A stretch of 64,000 nt of DNA from Pseudomonadota bacterium (GCA_018362935.1 JAHALQ010000007.1:512-64511), one strand, 5' to 3'; numbered from the stretch's first letter, positions 9,448 to 19,917 are shown. Notes: generated by a model not told the origin, from the sequence alone. A program made the numbers and translations.

Positions 9448-12099
9448 TTAACTCTCTTTGGTTACGTCAAAAACCTTGGCAGTCAGGTCGCCGAGGCTGT
9501 ATGGTTTGGTAATAAAGTCGAAATCGTCGAAATTGTCAAGTTCCTGGCGGACAATTTCTTCGGAATAGCCCGAGGCCAGAATAACCTTGATGTTTTTGAG
9601 CCTTTCTTTGACGATTTTGGTCAGTTCGGCGCCGCTGATGCCGGGCATGACCATATCGGTTATCAGGAGGTCGAATTTATCATCTTTTTTGAGATGGTCA
9701 AGGGCGTTCTCTCCGGAATTGCAGCCGACGACGTCATAGCCTTTTTTCTTGAGCGCGCGGACGGCAAAACTGCGAACCGAATCTTCGTCTTCCACAAAAA
9801 GAATGCGAATCTGCCGGCTGTCTTTTGACGAAGCGGCATGCGAACGGTCGATGGCATTGGAAACGTTCAGACCCATAATGATTTTCTGATTTACATTCAA
9901 CGGCGCGCTGATTTTTTCCTGTACGCGCAGGATTGTCTGCCCCGCTTTGTTGGTCACAATTTCGCGGTCGTTTTCATTATCTTCTTCGGGTTTTTCTTCA
10001 AAACGCGGCAAGTGGATTGAGAATGTTGTGCCGATGCCGACGGCGCTGTCGACGGTAATATAGCCTTCGGTCTGGCGGACAATGCCGTAGACCATGGCCA
10101 GACCCAGCCCGGTACCCGAACCGACAATGTTTTCCTTGGTGGAGAAGAAGGGGTCAAAAATCCGGCTCATGTTTTCCGGCGGGATACCGCAGCCGCTGTC
10201 TTTGACGTCGATAACCACAAATTCGCCGGGCTTGATTTTATCGTCGCCGAACTGGAAACTTTCTTTCAAAACATGGGTACGGGTCGAAATATACAATGTA
10301 CCGTCGCCGTTCATGGCGTCCTTGGCATTGACAGCCAGATTGATGATTACCTGCGACAGCTGTACCGGGTCGACCTTGACATAACCCAAATCCGACTGGT
10401 GATGAATTTTGAGGGTGATTTTTTCGCCCAGGATGCGTTTAAGCATGTGCGAAAGCTCGGCAAAGCTGTCGGTAATGTCAATCAGCTTAGGCTGCAAAGG
10501 CTGCTTGCGCGAAAAGGCCAGCAGCTGGCGCACGAGGCTGGCGGCACGGTTGGCATTCTGTTTGATTTGGATTAAATCTGCAAACGAAGGATCGCCGACG
10601 CCGTGACGCTGCAAGAGCAAATCGGTAAAGCCTATCATGGCGGTCAGCAAGTTGTTAAAGTCGTGCGCCACGCCGCCGGCCAGCTGTCCGACAGCCTGCA
10701 TTTTCTGCGCCTGGGCAAACTGCTGTTCCAACGAGCGCTGCTTGGTGGCGTCAATCAGGTAAAGCACAAAGCCCAAAGCTTCGCCGTTACCGGCACTGTG
10801 AAATCGTTGCATGCTGCTGACGTAAATGGTGGTAATTAAATCCGGGCGCGCCGCATTGAGGCGGATGTCCATATTGAGCGACAAAGACGGATCTGCGCGC
10901 AGCCGGGCACAGATTGCACAAAACTGTTCTTTCTCGGCGGCATTGAGCAAATCGGGCATAATCTTGCCTTTGGGGTGAGCCGCCGCGCGGGTATCAAAAA
11001 ACTTGGCGGCTGTGGCGTTGGCCTCGCCAATGATGTAATTGTCATCGGTAAAGACGATGCCGACCGGCGAATTGTTGAACAGCCAGCTGATTTTGTCCGT
11101 GGCCTGCTCCAACTCGGCTTCAAGCCGGTTGGTGCTGGGCAGGCGGCCGATAACGGCGCCGCGCATTTTGATTTTCTCGTCTTCGCGGTAGTTGTTCTGA
11201 AAAACATAGGCCTCGGCCACTTCGCCGCGGCCGGTCAGAAAATGCAGTTTTCCCTGCCATGCATCTTTCTTTTCGGGAAACAGCGAATTCGGCGCCAGAA
11301 ACTCATCCAGCGCGCGGCCGTTGAGGCTGCCTTCTTCGGCATTGAGAAATTCGGTAAAGTTGTGATTAACGTATTCAAAACGATAGTCTTTATCTACCGT
11401 GTACAGCCCAATCGGCATATAGTCGAGAAAATCATGAAGCTGGGCACATTCTTCGCGAAAAACCTGCTCCATGTTTTTTTGAGCGGTTATATTGTTAACG
11501 GCCCAGTAAAAATAAGTTTCCTTCTGTATTTTCTTAATCGAAAAAGCGCCTTCAAAAATCTGCGGTTTTTTTAGATACATCGGGCGCAGAGAAACTTCAT
11601 ACCATTCCAGCCCGTTGAATATCCGGTCGGCTTTGGAGTGCAGCGACAACGAAAGGACAACTTTCTCGGCGCTGAGGTTCTTGTGGGCGGTCTTAAGGCG
11701 CTGGAGAGCGTTTTTGTTGGTCGGACCTTCGGCCAGATTTTTTTCAAGAAAACGCAATACGGCATTTTGTTTAAACAGTTCTTTGGCCGGGTCGTTCTGA
11801 ATAATCGGCTCGCCTTTCGGGGTTTCGATACGTTTGGCCTTGAAGTCGCTGCGGATGATTTCATTGGCAAATCCGCCGTAACTGATGGCCGCTTCGCCGG
11901 CATCAAGCGTTTTAATTGTCAGCAGCAGGCAATAACTGGCGCAGGCGGCGCACAAAGCCACAAGATGCAGATAATAGGCAGGGTACAGGAAAAAAAGTAT
12001 AATCAGCGTTGTCAGCCCGACCAGCGAAAACGCCAGTTTGACAAGGCAGGACTGAAGCTGTTTGTCGGGTCTATTGTTGATTTTTGAGTTGCATAACAT
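9448..12099 (-). CDS. cckA: hybrid sensor histidine kinase, CckA-like
   Basis: N-terminal TM pair, PAS repeats, H-box [11 protein letters not shown], an HATPase G-boxes region and a C-terminal receiver ([11 protein letters not shown]...[11 protein letters not shown]). Confidence 0.75.
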   Translation of the reverse strand: MLCNSKINNRPDKQLQSCLVKLAFSLVGLTTLIILFFLYPAYYLHLVALCAACASYCLLLTIKTLDAGEAAISYGGFANEIIRSDFKAKRIETPKGEPIIQNDPAKELFKQNAVLRFLEKNLAEGPTNKNALQRLKTAHKNLSAEKVVLSLSLHSKADRIFNGLEWYEVSLRPMYLKKPQIFEGAFSIKKIQKETYFYWAVNNITAQKNMEQVFREECAQLHDFLDYMPIGLYTVDKDYRFEYVNHNFTEFLNAEEGSLNGRALDEFLAPNSLFPEKKDAWQGKLHFLTGRGEVAEAYVFQNNYREDEKIKMRGAVIGRLPSTNRLEAELEQATDKISWLFNNSPVGIVFTDDNYIIGEANATAAKFFDTRAAAHPKGKIMPDLLNAAEKEQFCAICARLRADPSLSLNMDIRLNAARPDLITTIYVSSMQRFHSAGNGEALGFVLYLIDATKQRSLEQQFAQAQKMQAVGQLAGGVAHDFNNLLTAMIGFTDLLLQRHGVGDPSFADLIQIKQNANRAASLVRQLLAFSRKQPLQPKLIDITDSFAELSHMLKRILGEKITLKIHHQSDLGYVKVDPVQLSQVIINLAVNAKDAMNGDGTLYISTRTHVLKESFQFGDDKIKPGEFVVIDVKDSGCGIPPENMSRIFDPFFSTKENIVGSGTGLGLAMVYGIVRQTEGYITVDSAVGIGTTFSIHLPRFEEKPEEDNENDREIVTNKAGQTILRVQEKISAPLNVNQKIIMGLNVSNAIDRSHAASSKDSRQIRILFVEDEDSVRSFAVRALKKKGYDVVGCNSGENALDHLKKDDKFDLLITDMVMPGISGAELTKIVKERLKNIKVILASGYSEEIVRQELDNFDDFDFITKPYSLGDLTAKVFDVTKES

Positions 12100-13144
12100 A
12101 TCCGATTACCTCTGCGACAGCTTTAAAATGTTCTTCCGGAATGGTTTGGTCAAGTTCGGTGGACGCAAAAAGGGCGCGTGCCAGGGGCGGATTTTCGACA
12201 ATCGGCACTTCGTTCTCTTCGGCAACGGCCTTGATTCTGAGCGCAACGTTGTCAATACCCTTGGCTGTGACCTTCGGGGCATCCATTTCGTTCATCTTGT
12301 ATTCAAGCGCAACCGCATAATGGGTCGGGTTGACGATGACAACGTCCGACCGCGGCACGGCTTCCATCATACGGTGACGGGCGCGTTCAAGGCGAACCTG
12401 GCGGATACGGGATTTGACCAGCGGGTCGCCTTCCATTTGTTTGTATTCGTCTTTGACTTCCTGTTTGGTCATGCGCAGTTTTTTCAAATGGCTGTATTTC
12501 TGGTAGGCATAGTCGGCCAGAGCGATGACCAAAACCGCAATAACCACGGTAAACAGAAGCAGAACGACAATCTTATGAATAAATTTGAGAATAGCCATGG
12601 TTTCCATGCTCGGCATCAGCTCGACTTTGCCGAGATAGGGTTTGACAACCAGCAGGGCAATAAAAGATATGACGGTAATCTTTATTATACCTTTGAGAGC
12701 GTCGATAATTTTTTTCATATTAATAAAGTTGGTCATTGCCGAAAAAATATTCAGCTTGTCCCATTTCGGTTCAAGTTTTTTGGGCGCATAAATGAAACCG
12801 GTCTGGGCAATGCTGGCAAGGACGCCGAGCGAAATGAATATGACAAAGGGAAAACCCATGATTTTAAATAAACCGAACGCCGCCGCGATGAGAAGCTTTT
12901 GGAAATTCTGCGGCGTGACTTCAACAGAGGTTGCGTTTTCGAGAAAACCGATGCTCGATGCGTAAAACCATTTCATCATCAAAGGCAGCAGCAGCCAGAT
13001 GACGAACAGCATGCCGAGCAGCATCAGGAAGCTTTTGGCATCCTGTGATACGGCAACGTCACCTTCTTCTTTGGCTTTGCTGATTTTCCGTTCCGAAGGT
13101 TCTTCGGTTTTGGAGGCTTCGTCTTCTTCTTCGGGAGTGACCAT
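12071..13144 (-). CDS. flhB: flagellar export apparatus protein FlhB
   Basis: N-terminal SERKISKAKEEGDVAVSQD, an NPTH autocleavage motif (VIVNPTHYAVAL), and a position after fliR. Confidence 0.92.
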   Translation of the reverse strand: MVTPEEEDEASKTEEPSERKISKAKEEGDVAVSQDAKSFLMLLGMLFVIWLLLPLMMKWFYASSIGFLENATSVEVTPQNFQKLLIAAAFGLFKIMGFPFVIFISLGVLASIAQTGFIYAPKKLEPKWDKLNIFSAMTNFINMKKIIDALKGIIKITVISFIALLVVKPYLGKVELMPSMETMAILKFIHKIVVLLLFTVVIAVLVIALADYAYQKYSHLKKLRMTKQEVKDEYKQMEGDPLVKSRIRQVRLERARHRMMEAVPRSDVVIVNPTHYAVALEYKMNEMDAPKVTAKGIDNVALRIKAVAEENEVPIVENPPLARALFASTELDQTIPEEHFKAVAEVIGYVMQLKNQQ

Positions 13145-13157
13145 TCTTTAATCCTCC

Positions 13158-13919
13158 CTAACGCAGAAACTGCTGTAAGCCGTCTTCAAAATATTTGGTA
13201 AACCAGATAATCATAACCGGCGTGGTAATGAAAAGCAGGCCCAGACCGAGATATATCTGTAACGGCAGTGACAGGAAAAAGATGTTAAGCTGCGGCATGA
13301 GGCGCGAAACCAACCCGATGCCGCTGTAAAAAACAATGGTAAAAGCAATAAAAGGCGAGCCGATTTTGAAACCGATGACAAATGACTGGTTAAACGAACG
13401 GCTGAGATTGTCGGCAAAATCGCCGAACGGCAGTTTGGACGATACCGGCAGCAGGGTGTAACTGTCGATGACGGCGCTGATCATCAGGTGGTGCAGGTCG
13501 GTCAGAAATATAACCGTTAAGGCGACAATACTCAAAAAGGTTTCAATAACAATTGACTGGTTTTGCGTTGCCGGGTCAAAAATCTGGGCATTGCCGAAAC
13601 CGATTGCCTGACCGGCCACAAAACCGGCTAAATTCAGAGCTGTGAACAGAATTCGCATGACCAAACCGATAAACAGGCCGACGACAATTTCCGACAGGAT
13701 GTATTGGATGAAGAGCAGGGTGTTTTGCGGCTGCGGCGGCAGGTGGGGCGCAATCAGCGGCATAAGCACCAGCGACAAGGCCAGCGCGACGGACAGGCGT
13801 ACCTGCGTGTTGACATAAGAACTCATAAAGCCCGGCATTATCATTAATGCCGAGCCAAGGCGCAGAAACACCATTAAAAAGGCATACATATTTATACTGA
13901 TGAGTTGTTCCATGCGCAT
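13158..13919 (-). CDS. fliR: flagellar export apparatus protein FliR
   Basis: Polytopic membrane protein of about 250 aa located between fliQ and flhB. Confidence 0.85.
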   Translation of the reverse strand: MRMEQLISINMYAFLMVFLRLGSALMIMPGFMSSYVNTQVRLSVALALSLVLMPLIAPHLPPQPQNTLLFIQYILSEIVVGLFIGLVMRILFTALNLAGFVAGQAIGFGNAQIFDPATQNQSIVIETFLSIVALTVIFLTDLHHLMISAVIDSYTLLPVSSKLPFGDFADNLSRSFNQSFVIGFKIGSPFIAFTIVFYSGIGLVSRLMPQLNIFFLSLPLQIYLGLGLLFITTPVMIIWFTKYFEDGLQQFLR

Positions 13920-14182
13920 TATCCGCCGGCTATTTTACTGAACAGGCTTTCGGTCAGCGTGCGCATTTGCCCGAGCATAAACGGAAAAAGCAGAATAATC
14001 GCGATAAAAACGCTGATGATTTTGGGAACGAAAGCGAGAGTCATTTCCTGAATCTGGGTCAATGCCTGAAAGATACCGATAATCAGCCCGACAAACAGCG
14101 CCACCAGCAAAACCGGCGTCACCACTTTGAGGAGAGTGAATACGGCGTCGCGCGATATGTCTAAAACTTCAATTTCATTCAT
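13919..14182 (-). CDS. fliQ: flagellar export apparatus protein FliQ
   Basis: 87 aa with two TM segments and an FliQ-like sequence (ALTQIQEMTLAFVPKI). Confidence 0.88.
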   Translation of the reverse strand: MNEIEVLDISRDAVFTLLKVVTPVLLVALFVGLIIGIFQALTQIQEMTLAFVPKIISVFIAIILLFPFMLGQMRTLTESLFSKIAGG

Positions 14183-14187
14183 GGGCG

Positions 14188-15300
14188 TTACTCAAGAGGG
14201 GTTTGTTTTTCAAAATAAAAATGGTTTTGCAAACCGGTAAAAAAGACGCCGTCAAAACCGGTAAGTAAAATATCCTTAAAGTGTTTCGAAATAATACGGC
14301 GCCAATTTTCGTTCCAATATTCGGCGATGACGCCGTTTGCATCGACAAACGAGCGGCGAACCAGCCACGAGGGGCTGCCGACTTTCCAGCGGCGATCCCA
14401 GAAATAGTCTTCGGGCGTTGCTTCAGATACGTTCATTGCGGCAATCAACAGCCGCCGTCCGCCGTTTTTTTTGAACTGAAGCATGCGGATATCATCCGGG
14501 CTGAAACGCTGGCGGGCGTGAAACAGCGGATTGATGACAAGGATATCATAATTGGTGTTGCCGATTTCTCTGACAAAATCATCTTTAGACGTATACCTGC
14601 TGTCGTCGGTCATTATCAAAATGTTCCTGGCATCGGCAACCTCATAGACGTTTTTGGCCGAATCGTTAATTATCGGTTGTGACGCAATGTCATTAAAGGC
14701 ATGTTCGCGTTTTTCAAATGCATATAATAATTTTTTATCAAGTACCGAGCGGACAATGGCGCGGTCCATATCATCAGTTGTCGGGCAGTAGTCGATGCTG
14801 ATCAGCCCGAGACTGTTGTTGAAAGTAATGTTTTGTTCTTTGCCGCTGCCGCAGTACAGGCTGTTGACGGCCACGGCATCGACCGAATGCAGGTATTTGT
14901 ATTCGGGCGTGTCCGGTTTTGGTTCTTTGGGAATTTCATTTTCCCGGGAAAGAAAAGTGGTATCTTCGATGCTGCCTTTTTTGCGGCGGGAAAGATTGTA
15001 TCCGTCGCGCGCGTCTTCCCAGGCGCTGCGGTACAATAATTCCTGCCCTTCGTGGGTGATGATTTTGAAATTCGGGTTGTTCTTTTTGGCATAATCAATC
15101 AGCATTTGCAGATTTTCGCGCATGTCGGCGCGATAGTTGCGAATCTGCAACGGCAGATATTTTATGTCGAGGATTTTCTCTTCTGCCGTATAGGGATTGG
15201 CGCTGTCAAAACCATATACCCCTGCTGCGGCCGAACCGGCGGCAGCCAGAGTTGTCAGAATGGCGGACAAAGCCGCGTATTTCAGCCTAAGTAACAACAT
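14188..15300 (-). CDS. secreted GH114/TM1410-like putative endo-alpha-1,4-polygalactosaminidase-family glycosidase
   Basis: Signal peptide, and a C-terminal ...YWNENWRRII...GFDGVFFTG pattern recalled from the Glyco_hydro_114 (TM1410) family. Confidence 0.5.
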   Translation of the reverse strand: MLLLRLKYAALSAILTTLAAAGSAAAGVYGFDSANPYTAEEKILDIKYLPLQIRNYRADMRENLQMLIDYAKKNNPNFKIITHEGQELLYRSAWEDARDGYNLSRRKKGSIEDTTFLSRENEIPKEPKPDTPEYKYLHSVDAVAVNSLYCGSGKEQNITFNNSLGLISIDYCPTTDDMDRAIVRSVLDKKLLYAFEKREHAFNDIASQPIINDSAKNVYEVADARNILIMTDDSRYTSKDDFVREIGNTNYDILVINPLFHARQRFSPDDIRMLQFKKNGGRRLLIAAMNVSEATPEDYFWDRRWKVGSPSWLVRRSFVDANGVIAEYWNENWRRIISKHFKDILLTGFDGVFFTGLQNHFYFEKQTPLE

Positions 15301-16906
15301 CGGCCTGGTGTTTTCCTGTCCTTTCGGGAATTTCCGAAACAGCCATGGCTATTTTGAAAATCTCGGTTAACATTTTAAGCGGATCCTCGCTGAGGCTGGT
15401 TTTGCTGTAACGTTCCAGATAAACGCGGATGGTGGCGCCTGACGAACCGGTTCCCGACAGGCGGAAGACAATGCGCGAACCGTCGGTAAAACGAATAACC
15501 AGGCCGTTCTTGGTGGAACTGTGGTCAACCGGGTCGTTATAGACAAACGCGCCGGCATCGGCAACCGTAAAGCCTTCGAGCGTTTTGCCGGGAAGCTCGG
15601 GCAGGCGGGTTTCAAGGTCGGCCATCAGCTTGTCGGCAACAGCGGTGTCTACGCCTTCAAAATCAAAGCGGACATAATAGCTGCGACCGTATTTCTGCCA
15701 GTGTTCGCGGGTGATATCTTCAACCGATTTGCCGGTGGCGGCAATGATATTCAGCCAGAACAGCACCGCCCATATGCCGTCTTTTTCGCGGATATGCGAT
15801 GAGCCGGTTCCGAAGCTTTCTTCGCCGCAGAAGGTAATCCGGTTGGAATCCATGAGATTGACAAAGTATTTCCAGCCGGTCGGCACTTCATAATAGCCGA
15901 TGTCGTGCGCTTTGGCAACGCGTTCGACCGCGGTGGATGTGGCGGCCGATTTGGCGACGCCGTAAATGCCGTCTTTATAAGCCGGAATCAGATTAAAATT
16001 GTCTGTAATGATGGCCAGGCTGTCGCTCGGTGTGACAAAAAAGCTTTTGCCGAGAATCATATTGCGGTCGCCGTCACCGTCGTTGGCCGCGCCGAAATCT
16101 GCCGCTTTGTCCGAGAACATAAAGTCAACCAGCTCTTTGGCATAGACCATGTTGGGGTCGGGATGCAGGCCGCCGAAATCGGGCAGCGGGCGGTAATTGA
16201 CAACCGAACCTTTCGGCGCGCCGAGCAGTTCTTCAAAGATTTTGAGAGCATATGGCCCGGTAACGGCGTTCATGGCGTCAAAACGCATGGTGAAACCGTT
16301 TTGGAACAATCTTTTGATGGCCGGGAAGTCAAAAATCTTCTGCATCATTTCGACATAGTCTTTGACCGGGTCTATAACTTCAATCTGCATGCCGCAGAGT
16401 TCCTGCGTGCCGAGTTTGGACAAGTCTATATCGGCAGAATCGCAGATTTTGTATTCTTTGATATTGAGCGTTTCCTGATAAATCTTGTCGCTGACGGAAC
16501 TCGGAATCTGTCCGCCGCTGGCGTTGGAATATTTGATGCCGAAGTCGCCGTTTTCGCCGCCGGGGTTATGCGAGGCGGAGAGGATAAAACCGCCGTCGGC
16601 CTTGTTTTTAAGAATTACGTTGGAGCCTGCCGGCGTGGACATAAAACCGTTTTGGCCGACAATCAGTTTGGCCGCGCCGTTGGCTGCCGCCATTTTGATG
16701 ATTTTCTGAATGGCTATGTCGTTATAAAAACGCCCGTCGCCGCCGACAACAAAAGTTTTGCCTTTCATATCGCCGATAACGTTGAAGATGCTTTGCATAA
16801 AGTTCTCGACATAGTTCGGCTGAACAACAACTTTGGATTTGCGGCGCAAGCCCGCCGTCCCCATTTTTTGATCTGTAAAAGGTGTCGTCGCGACTGTTTT
16901 AATCAT
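15287..16906 (-). CDS. pgm: phosphoglucomutase (alpha-D-glucose phosphate-specific)
   Basis: Active-site SASHNPGG, a metal loop DGDGDRN and a length of about 540 aa. Confidence 0.92.
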   Translation of the reverse strand: MIKTVATTPFTDQKMGTAGLRRKSKVVVQPNYVENFMQSIFNVIGDMKGKTFVVGGDGRFYNDIAIQKIIKMAAANGAAKLIVGQNGFMSTPAGSNVILKNKADGGFILSASHNPGGENGDFGIKYSNASGGQIPSSVSDKIYQETLNIKEYKICDSADIDLSKLGTQELCGMQIEVIDPVKDYVEMMQKIFDFPAIKRLFQNGFTMRFDAMNAVTGPYALKIFEELLGAPKGSVVNYRPLPDFGGLHPDPNMVYAKELVDFMFSDKAADFGAANDGDGDRNMILGKSFFVTPSDSLAIITDNFNLIPAYKDGIYGVAKSAATSTAVERVAKAHDIGYYEVPTGWKYFVNLMDSNRITFCGEESFGTGSSHIREKDGIWAVLFWLNIIAATGKSVEDITREHWQKYGRSYYVRFDFEGVDTAVADKLMADLETRLPELPGKTLEGFTVADAGAFVYNDPVDHSSTKNGLVIRFTDGSRIVFRLSGTGSSGATIRVYLERYSKTSLSEDPLKMLTEIFKIAMAVSEIPERTGKHQADVVT

Positions 16907-16998
16907 ATTTTTTCCTCTTGTTAATTAAATAAATTATGTGCCAAAGTTTAACACTGCGGCATATAAAAACAAGCTTTAATATTAACTTATCAGAGTGT

Positions 16999-17799
16999 TT
17001 AGGGGCAGATGAACTCGGCCAGATTTTTAATTTCGATTTTGGCGGCAAGGTGGGAGGTCGTCATCCGGCGGTTGAGTCCGGGCTGATTCATATCGAGGAC
17101 GGTCAGCCCTTCCAAAAACAGCTCCCGGTATATGACGCGGTCTTTGAGGCCGTGGCAAAAACGGAAACCGTAAATTTTGCCGATATTTTCCAGATGTTCA
17201 AAAACAAAGTCCTTGTTGCGCGAGCGAGTCGCCGAAATTTTGTTGCCGCAGACAATCCAGTTAAGATAATTTTTGCCGTGGGCGGCAAGGAACTTTTTGG
17301 TTTCCCAGACAAAATCGGCATAATGTCCCGGCGCTTTGACGCGGGATGTCGCCACGTCGATATCGGCTATGGCTCCCATGTCCACCAAACTGTCTGTCAT
17401 CGGCGTAATGAGGGTGTCGGCATATTGGTGCGCGGCTTCAAAAAGATAATTGCGGCTGCCCGGAGTGTCAATAATGAGTGCGTCATAGCGGCCGCGGATA
17501 TCCATAATCAAGTCATGTATCCGGTTAAGGTCATCGGGAATTTTGGCATAATCTGCAGACGGTTTGACAATATAGTGCTCGGGGATGCCGAGATGAAGGC
17601 CGTTTGCGGTGCAAAAATTCTTGCGGTTCTGCACATACTTGCTCAAAGAACCCTGTCTTCCGTCAAAATCCATGGTGGCAATCGAAAAACCCTCATTGAG
17701 GAGTTTTATAGCGAGGTGCATGGCAATTGTCGATTTGCCGGTGCCGCCTTTTTCGTTGCCGATGACGATTATGTGGGCATGTGGGTTTTTGTCAGACAT
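16999..17799 (-). CDS. mipZ: ParA-type division-site positioning ATPase MipZ
   Basis: Deviant Walker A VIGNEKGGTGKST, and DRVIYRELF...GLTVLD, which closely resembles Caulobacter MipZ. Confidence 0.8.
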   Translation of the reverse strand: MSDKNPHAHIIVIGNEKGGTGKSTIAMHLAIKLLNEGFSIATMDFDGRQGSLSKYVQNRKNFCTANGLHLGIPEHYIVKPSADYAKIPDDLNRIHDLIMDIRGRYDALIIDTPGSRNYLFEAAHQYADTLITPMTDSLVDMGAIADIDVATSRVKAPGHYADFVWETKKFLAAHGKNYLNWIVCGNKISATRSRNKDFVFEHLENIGKIYGFRFCHGLKDRVIYRELFLEGLTVLDMNQPGLNRRMTTSHLAAKIEIKNLAEFICP

Positions 17800-19001
17800 T
17801 ATTGATGTTCAGCCATTGCAAGTTGATGAATCGGGTTTGATGCAACAACAATACACGATTTATTTTTTCTTTTCAAATCATTACAGGTTTTATCCGCCTG
17901 ATTTTTTTTCAGGCCGACCAGCTTTGAACGATAAATAACGGCAGCGCCTTTGGCGGCGGCTTCGATATCAATCTGGGCTTTTTGAAGATATTGGGCTTTC
18001 AGGCCTTTGCGAATCTGCATGGCATAGTTGCGGGCTTTGGCATAATTGGAAAATGCGCCGACCTGCACACCCCAGCGGGCATCATTGCCTTCGGCCGAAG
18101 CCGATGCGGCCACAGAAGCGGAATCTTCCGCTGCCGCCGTTGTTTTGGCATAGAGCACCGGTTTTTCGATATTATCGGCCAGAGCCAGCTTATGGAGCCC
18201 GCTGCTCATCAGAGAGGCAACCTTGCGGTCGCGCTGTTTGAGCGTGTTGTGTCCCATGGTTACGGCAATAACGCGGTTGCCATCGCGTTCGGCCGAGGTG
18301 ATGATATTGTATCCGGCCGCGTTGGTAAAGCCGGTTTTCATGCCGTCGGCGCCTTTGAACGTTTTGAGCAGATGATTGTGCGTATACATGGTGCGCCCCT
18401 GCCAGGTGAAGCTTTTGGTAGCAAACAGCTTGTAATACTGCGGATAATGGTGGTACATGGCGGCGCCGAGAATCGCCATGTCGCGGGCGGTAGTTTTCTG
18501 CAGGCGGTTGGGCAGGCCGGAAGCGTTTTTGAAAGTCGTGTTTTTCATGCCGAGTTCACGAGCGACTTTGGTCATGGTCTGTGCAAAATTTTCTTCGCTG
18601 TAGCCGATACCTTCGGCCAGAACAGAGGCACAGTCGTTGGCGGATTTGACAATCAGCGCCATAACTGCGTCGCGGACAGTAATTTTGGAACCGGGTTTGA
18701 GGCCGAGTTTGGACGGCGAGCGATTGGCGGCATTACGCGAGACAGTGAGTTTGTCCGTCATTTTAAGGCGGCCGCTTTCGAGTTCGCCGAAAGTGATATA
18801 AAGGGTCATTAATTTGGTTAGTGACGCCGGATAGCGCAGTTCATCGGCATTATTGGACGCAAGCACCTTTCCGGAATGGGCATCAATAATGATGGACGAC
18901 TGGGTGCGCGCCGCAGAAGCCGGCTGCATTCCGCAAAATGCCAAAACAGCGGCGAAGGCGGTATATTTAAGTAATGAGTAAAATCTGTTTCTGGTGTTCA
19001 T
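17799..19001 (-). CDS. D-alanyl-D-alanine carboxypeptidase (PBP5/6, S11) with C-terminal SPOR domain
   Basis: Signal peptide, SxxK (PASLTKLMT), SxN (VKSAND) and KTG (MKTGFT) motifs. The C-terminal WGVQVGAFSNYAKARNYA stretch is SPOR-like. Confidence 0.88.
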   Translation of the reverse strand: MNTRNRFYSLLKYTAFAAVLAFCGMQPASAARTQSSIIIDAHSGKVLASNNADELRYPASLTKLMTLYITFGELESGRLKMTDKLTVSRNAANRSPSKLGLKPGSKITVRDAVMALIVKSANDCASVLAEGIGYSEENFAQTMTKVARELGMKNTTFKNASGLPNRLQKTTARDMAILGAAMYHHYPQYYKLFATKSFTWQGRTMYTHNHLLKTFKGADGMKTGFTNAAGYNIITSAERDGNRVIAVTMGHNTLKQRDRKVASLMSSGLHKLALADNIEKPVLYAKTTAAAEDSASVAASASAEGNDARWGVQVGAFSNYAKARNYAMQIRKGLKAQYLQKAQIDIEAAAKGAAVIYRSKLVGLKKNQADKTCNDLKRKNKSCIVVASNPIHQLAMAEHQ

Positions 19002-19127
19002 TGCTCGGGTTCTTACACTTCTGTTACGGCCAATTTCTTTAAGTCTAGACCGAAAAAGGAAATAAATTGTTAATTTAAAATTGAAAAAACAAGGTTAATA
19101 ATTTTTTTTGGCAAGTCTATTTTTAAC

Positions 19128-19156
19128 TTGACTTTGTATTTTAATCTATGTAGTAA
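19128..19156 (+). promoter_or_regulatory. sigma70-type promoter for tRNA-His
   Basis: TTGACT-17 nt-TAGTAA, ending about 17 nt before the tRNA 5' end. Confidence 0.55.
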
Positions 19157-19172
19157 TTTGGTGATATCCGAT

Positions 19173-19250
19173 GGCGAATGTAGCTCAGTTGGTTAGAGCG
19201 CTGGTTTGTGGTACCAGATGTCGTGAGTTCGAATCTCATCATTCGCCCCA
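19173..19250 (+). tRNA. tRNA-His (anticodon GUG) with genome-encoded G-1 and CCA
   Basis: The cloverleaf was folded by hand: acceptor GCGAATG/CATTCGC, an extra 5' G opposite C73, D arm GCTC/GAGC, anticodon loop TTGTGGT, T arm GTGAG-TTCGAAT-CTCAT, and a 3' CCA. Confidence 0.93.
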
Positions 19251-19251
19251 T

Positions 19252-19281
19252 AAAAAAGCCGTCCGTCAGGGCGGTTTTTTT
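19252..19281 (+). terminator. intrinsic terminator after tRNA-His
   Basis: GCCGTCC-gtca-GGGCGGT stem (two G-U pairs) followed by a T7 run. Confidence 0.75.
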
Positions 19282-19311
19282 ATGGAAACTTTTGCTAACA
19301 GGGGGGTAACG

Positions 19312-19917
19312 ATGCGCCAGAGAAATTTTCATTTTGTTATAACCGGCGGTTCATGTTCGGGAAAAACCAGTTCTCTTCCGATTTTGAAGAAACGGCTGAC
19401 GGCAGAAGGATATACAGTGATTGTTTCGCCGGAAACGGGTACCGATGTTTATATTTCCGGACTGACGCCGGATAATCTGCCGTGGGAAGTTTTTCAATCA
19501 ATTATTGTCGAGCGGACCCTCATAAAAGAAAAAACAATCAGAAAAGCTTTGGAGTATATTCGAAAACCGACGGTAGTATTGTACGATAGAGGAATTTTTG
19601 ACAATAAGGTTTATTTGGGGAACAATGAAAAATTTAACGAAATTTTGGGTGGTTTCGGCGTTTCTGAGGAAGAATTGATGCGTCGTTATGACGCCGTTTT
19701 TCATATGAAGACAACAGCCGCGCAAAATGATTATACCACCGAAAATAACGAAGCGCGGTTTGAAAATGCGGAGACGGCGTTGATTTATGACGAGAAAGTT
19801 CTTCAAGAATGGTCAGCACACCATTATTTGAAGATTATCGGAAATTTTCCGGCTTTTGAAGACAAGCTCGATAAATTGTATCAGGAAATAATGTTTTTTA
19901 TTTCACAAACCAATTAA
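19312..19917 (+). CDS. AAA_28/NadR-like P-loop ATPase
   Basis: Walker A ITGGSCSGKTS. The start is at ATG 19312 after AGGGGGG, and the upstream part of the ORF-track model overlaps the tRNA. Confidence 0.65.
   Translation: MRQRNFHFVITGGSCSGKTSSLPILKKRLTAEGYTVIVSPETGTDVYISGLTPDNLPWEVFQSIIVERTLIKEKTIRKALEYIRKPTVVLYDRGIFDNKVYLGNNEKFNEILGGFGVSEEELMRRYDAVFHMKTTAAQNDYTTENNEARFENAETALIYDEKVLQEWSAHHYLKIIGNFPAFEDKLDKLYQEIMFFISQTN

Noticed and set aside
9106-9828. Long plus-strand ORFs lie antisense to hdaA and cckA. Similar shadow ORFs occur at 10975-11574, 12062-12871, 15905-16924, 16936-17805, 17982-18812, 31030-31839 and 34397-35086.
   Set aside because: Each lies entirely inside a well-supported gene on the other strand and has low-complexity Arg/Gly/Ala-rich or odd composition. 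None has an RBS or a recognisable family. They are typical antisense shadow ORFs.
19171-19311. The ORF-track protein starting at 19171 (MANVAQLVRALV...).
   Set aside because: Its first 47 codons are the translation of the tRNA-His gene and its terminator. The real CDS starts at ATG 19312, after an AGGGGGG RBS.
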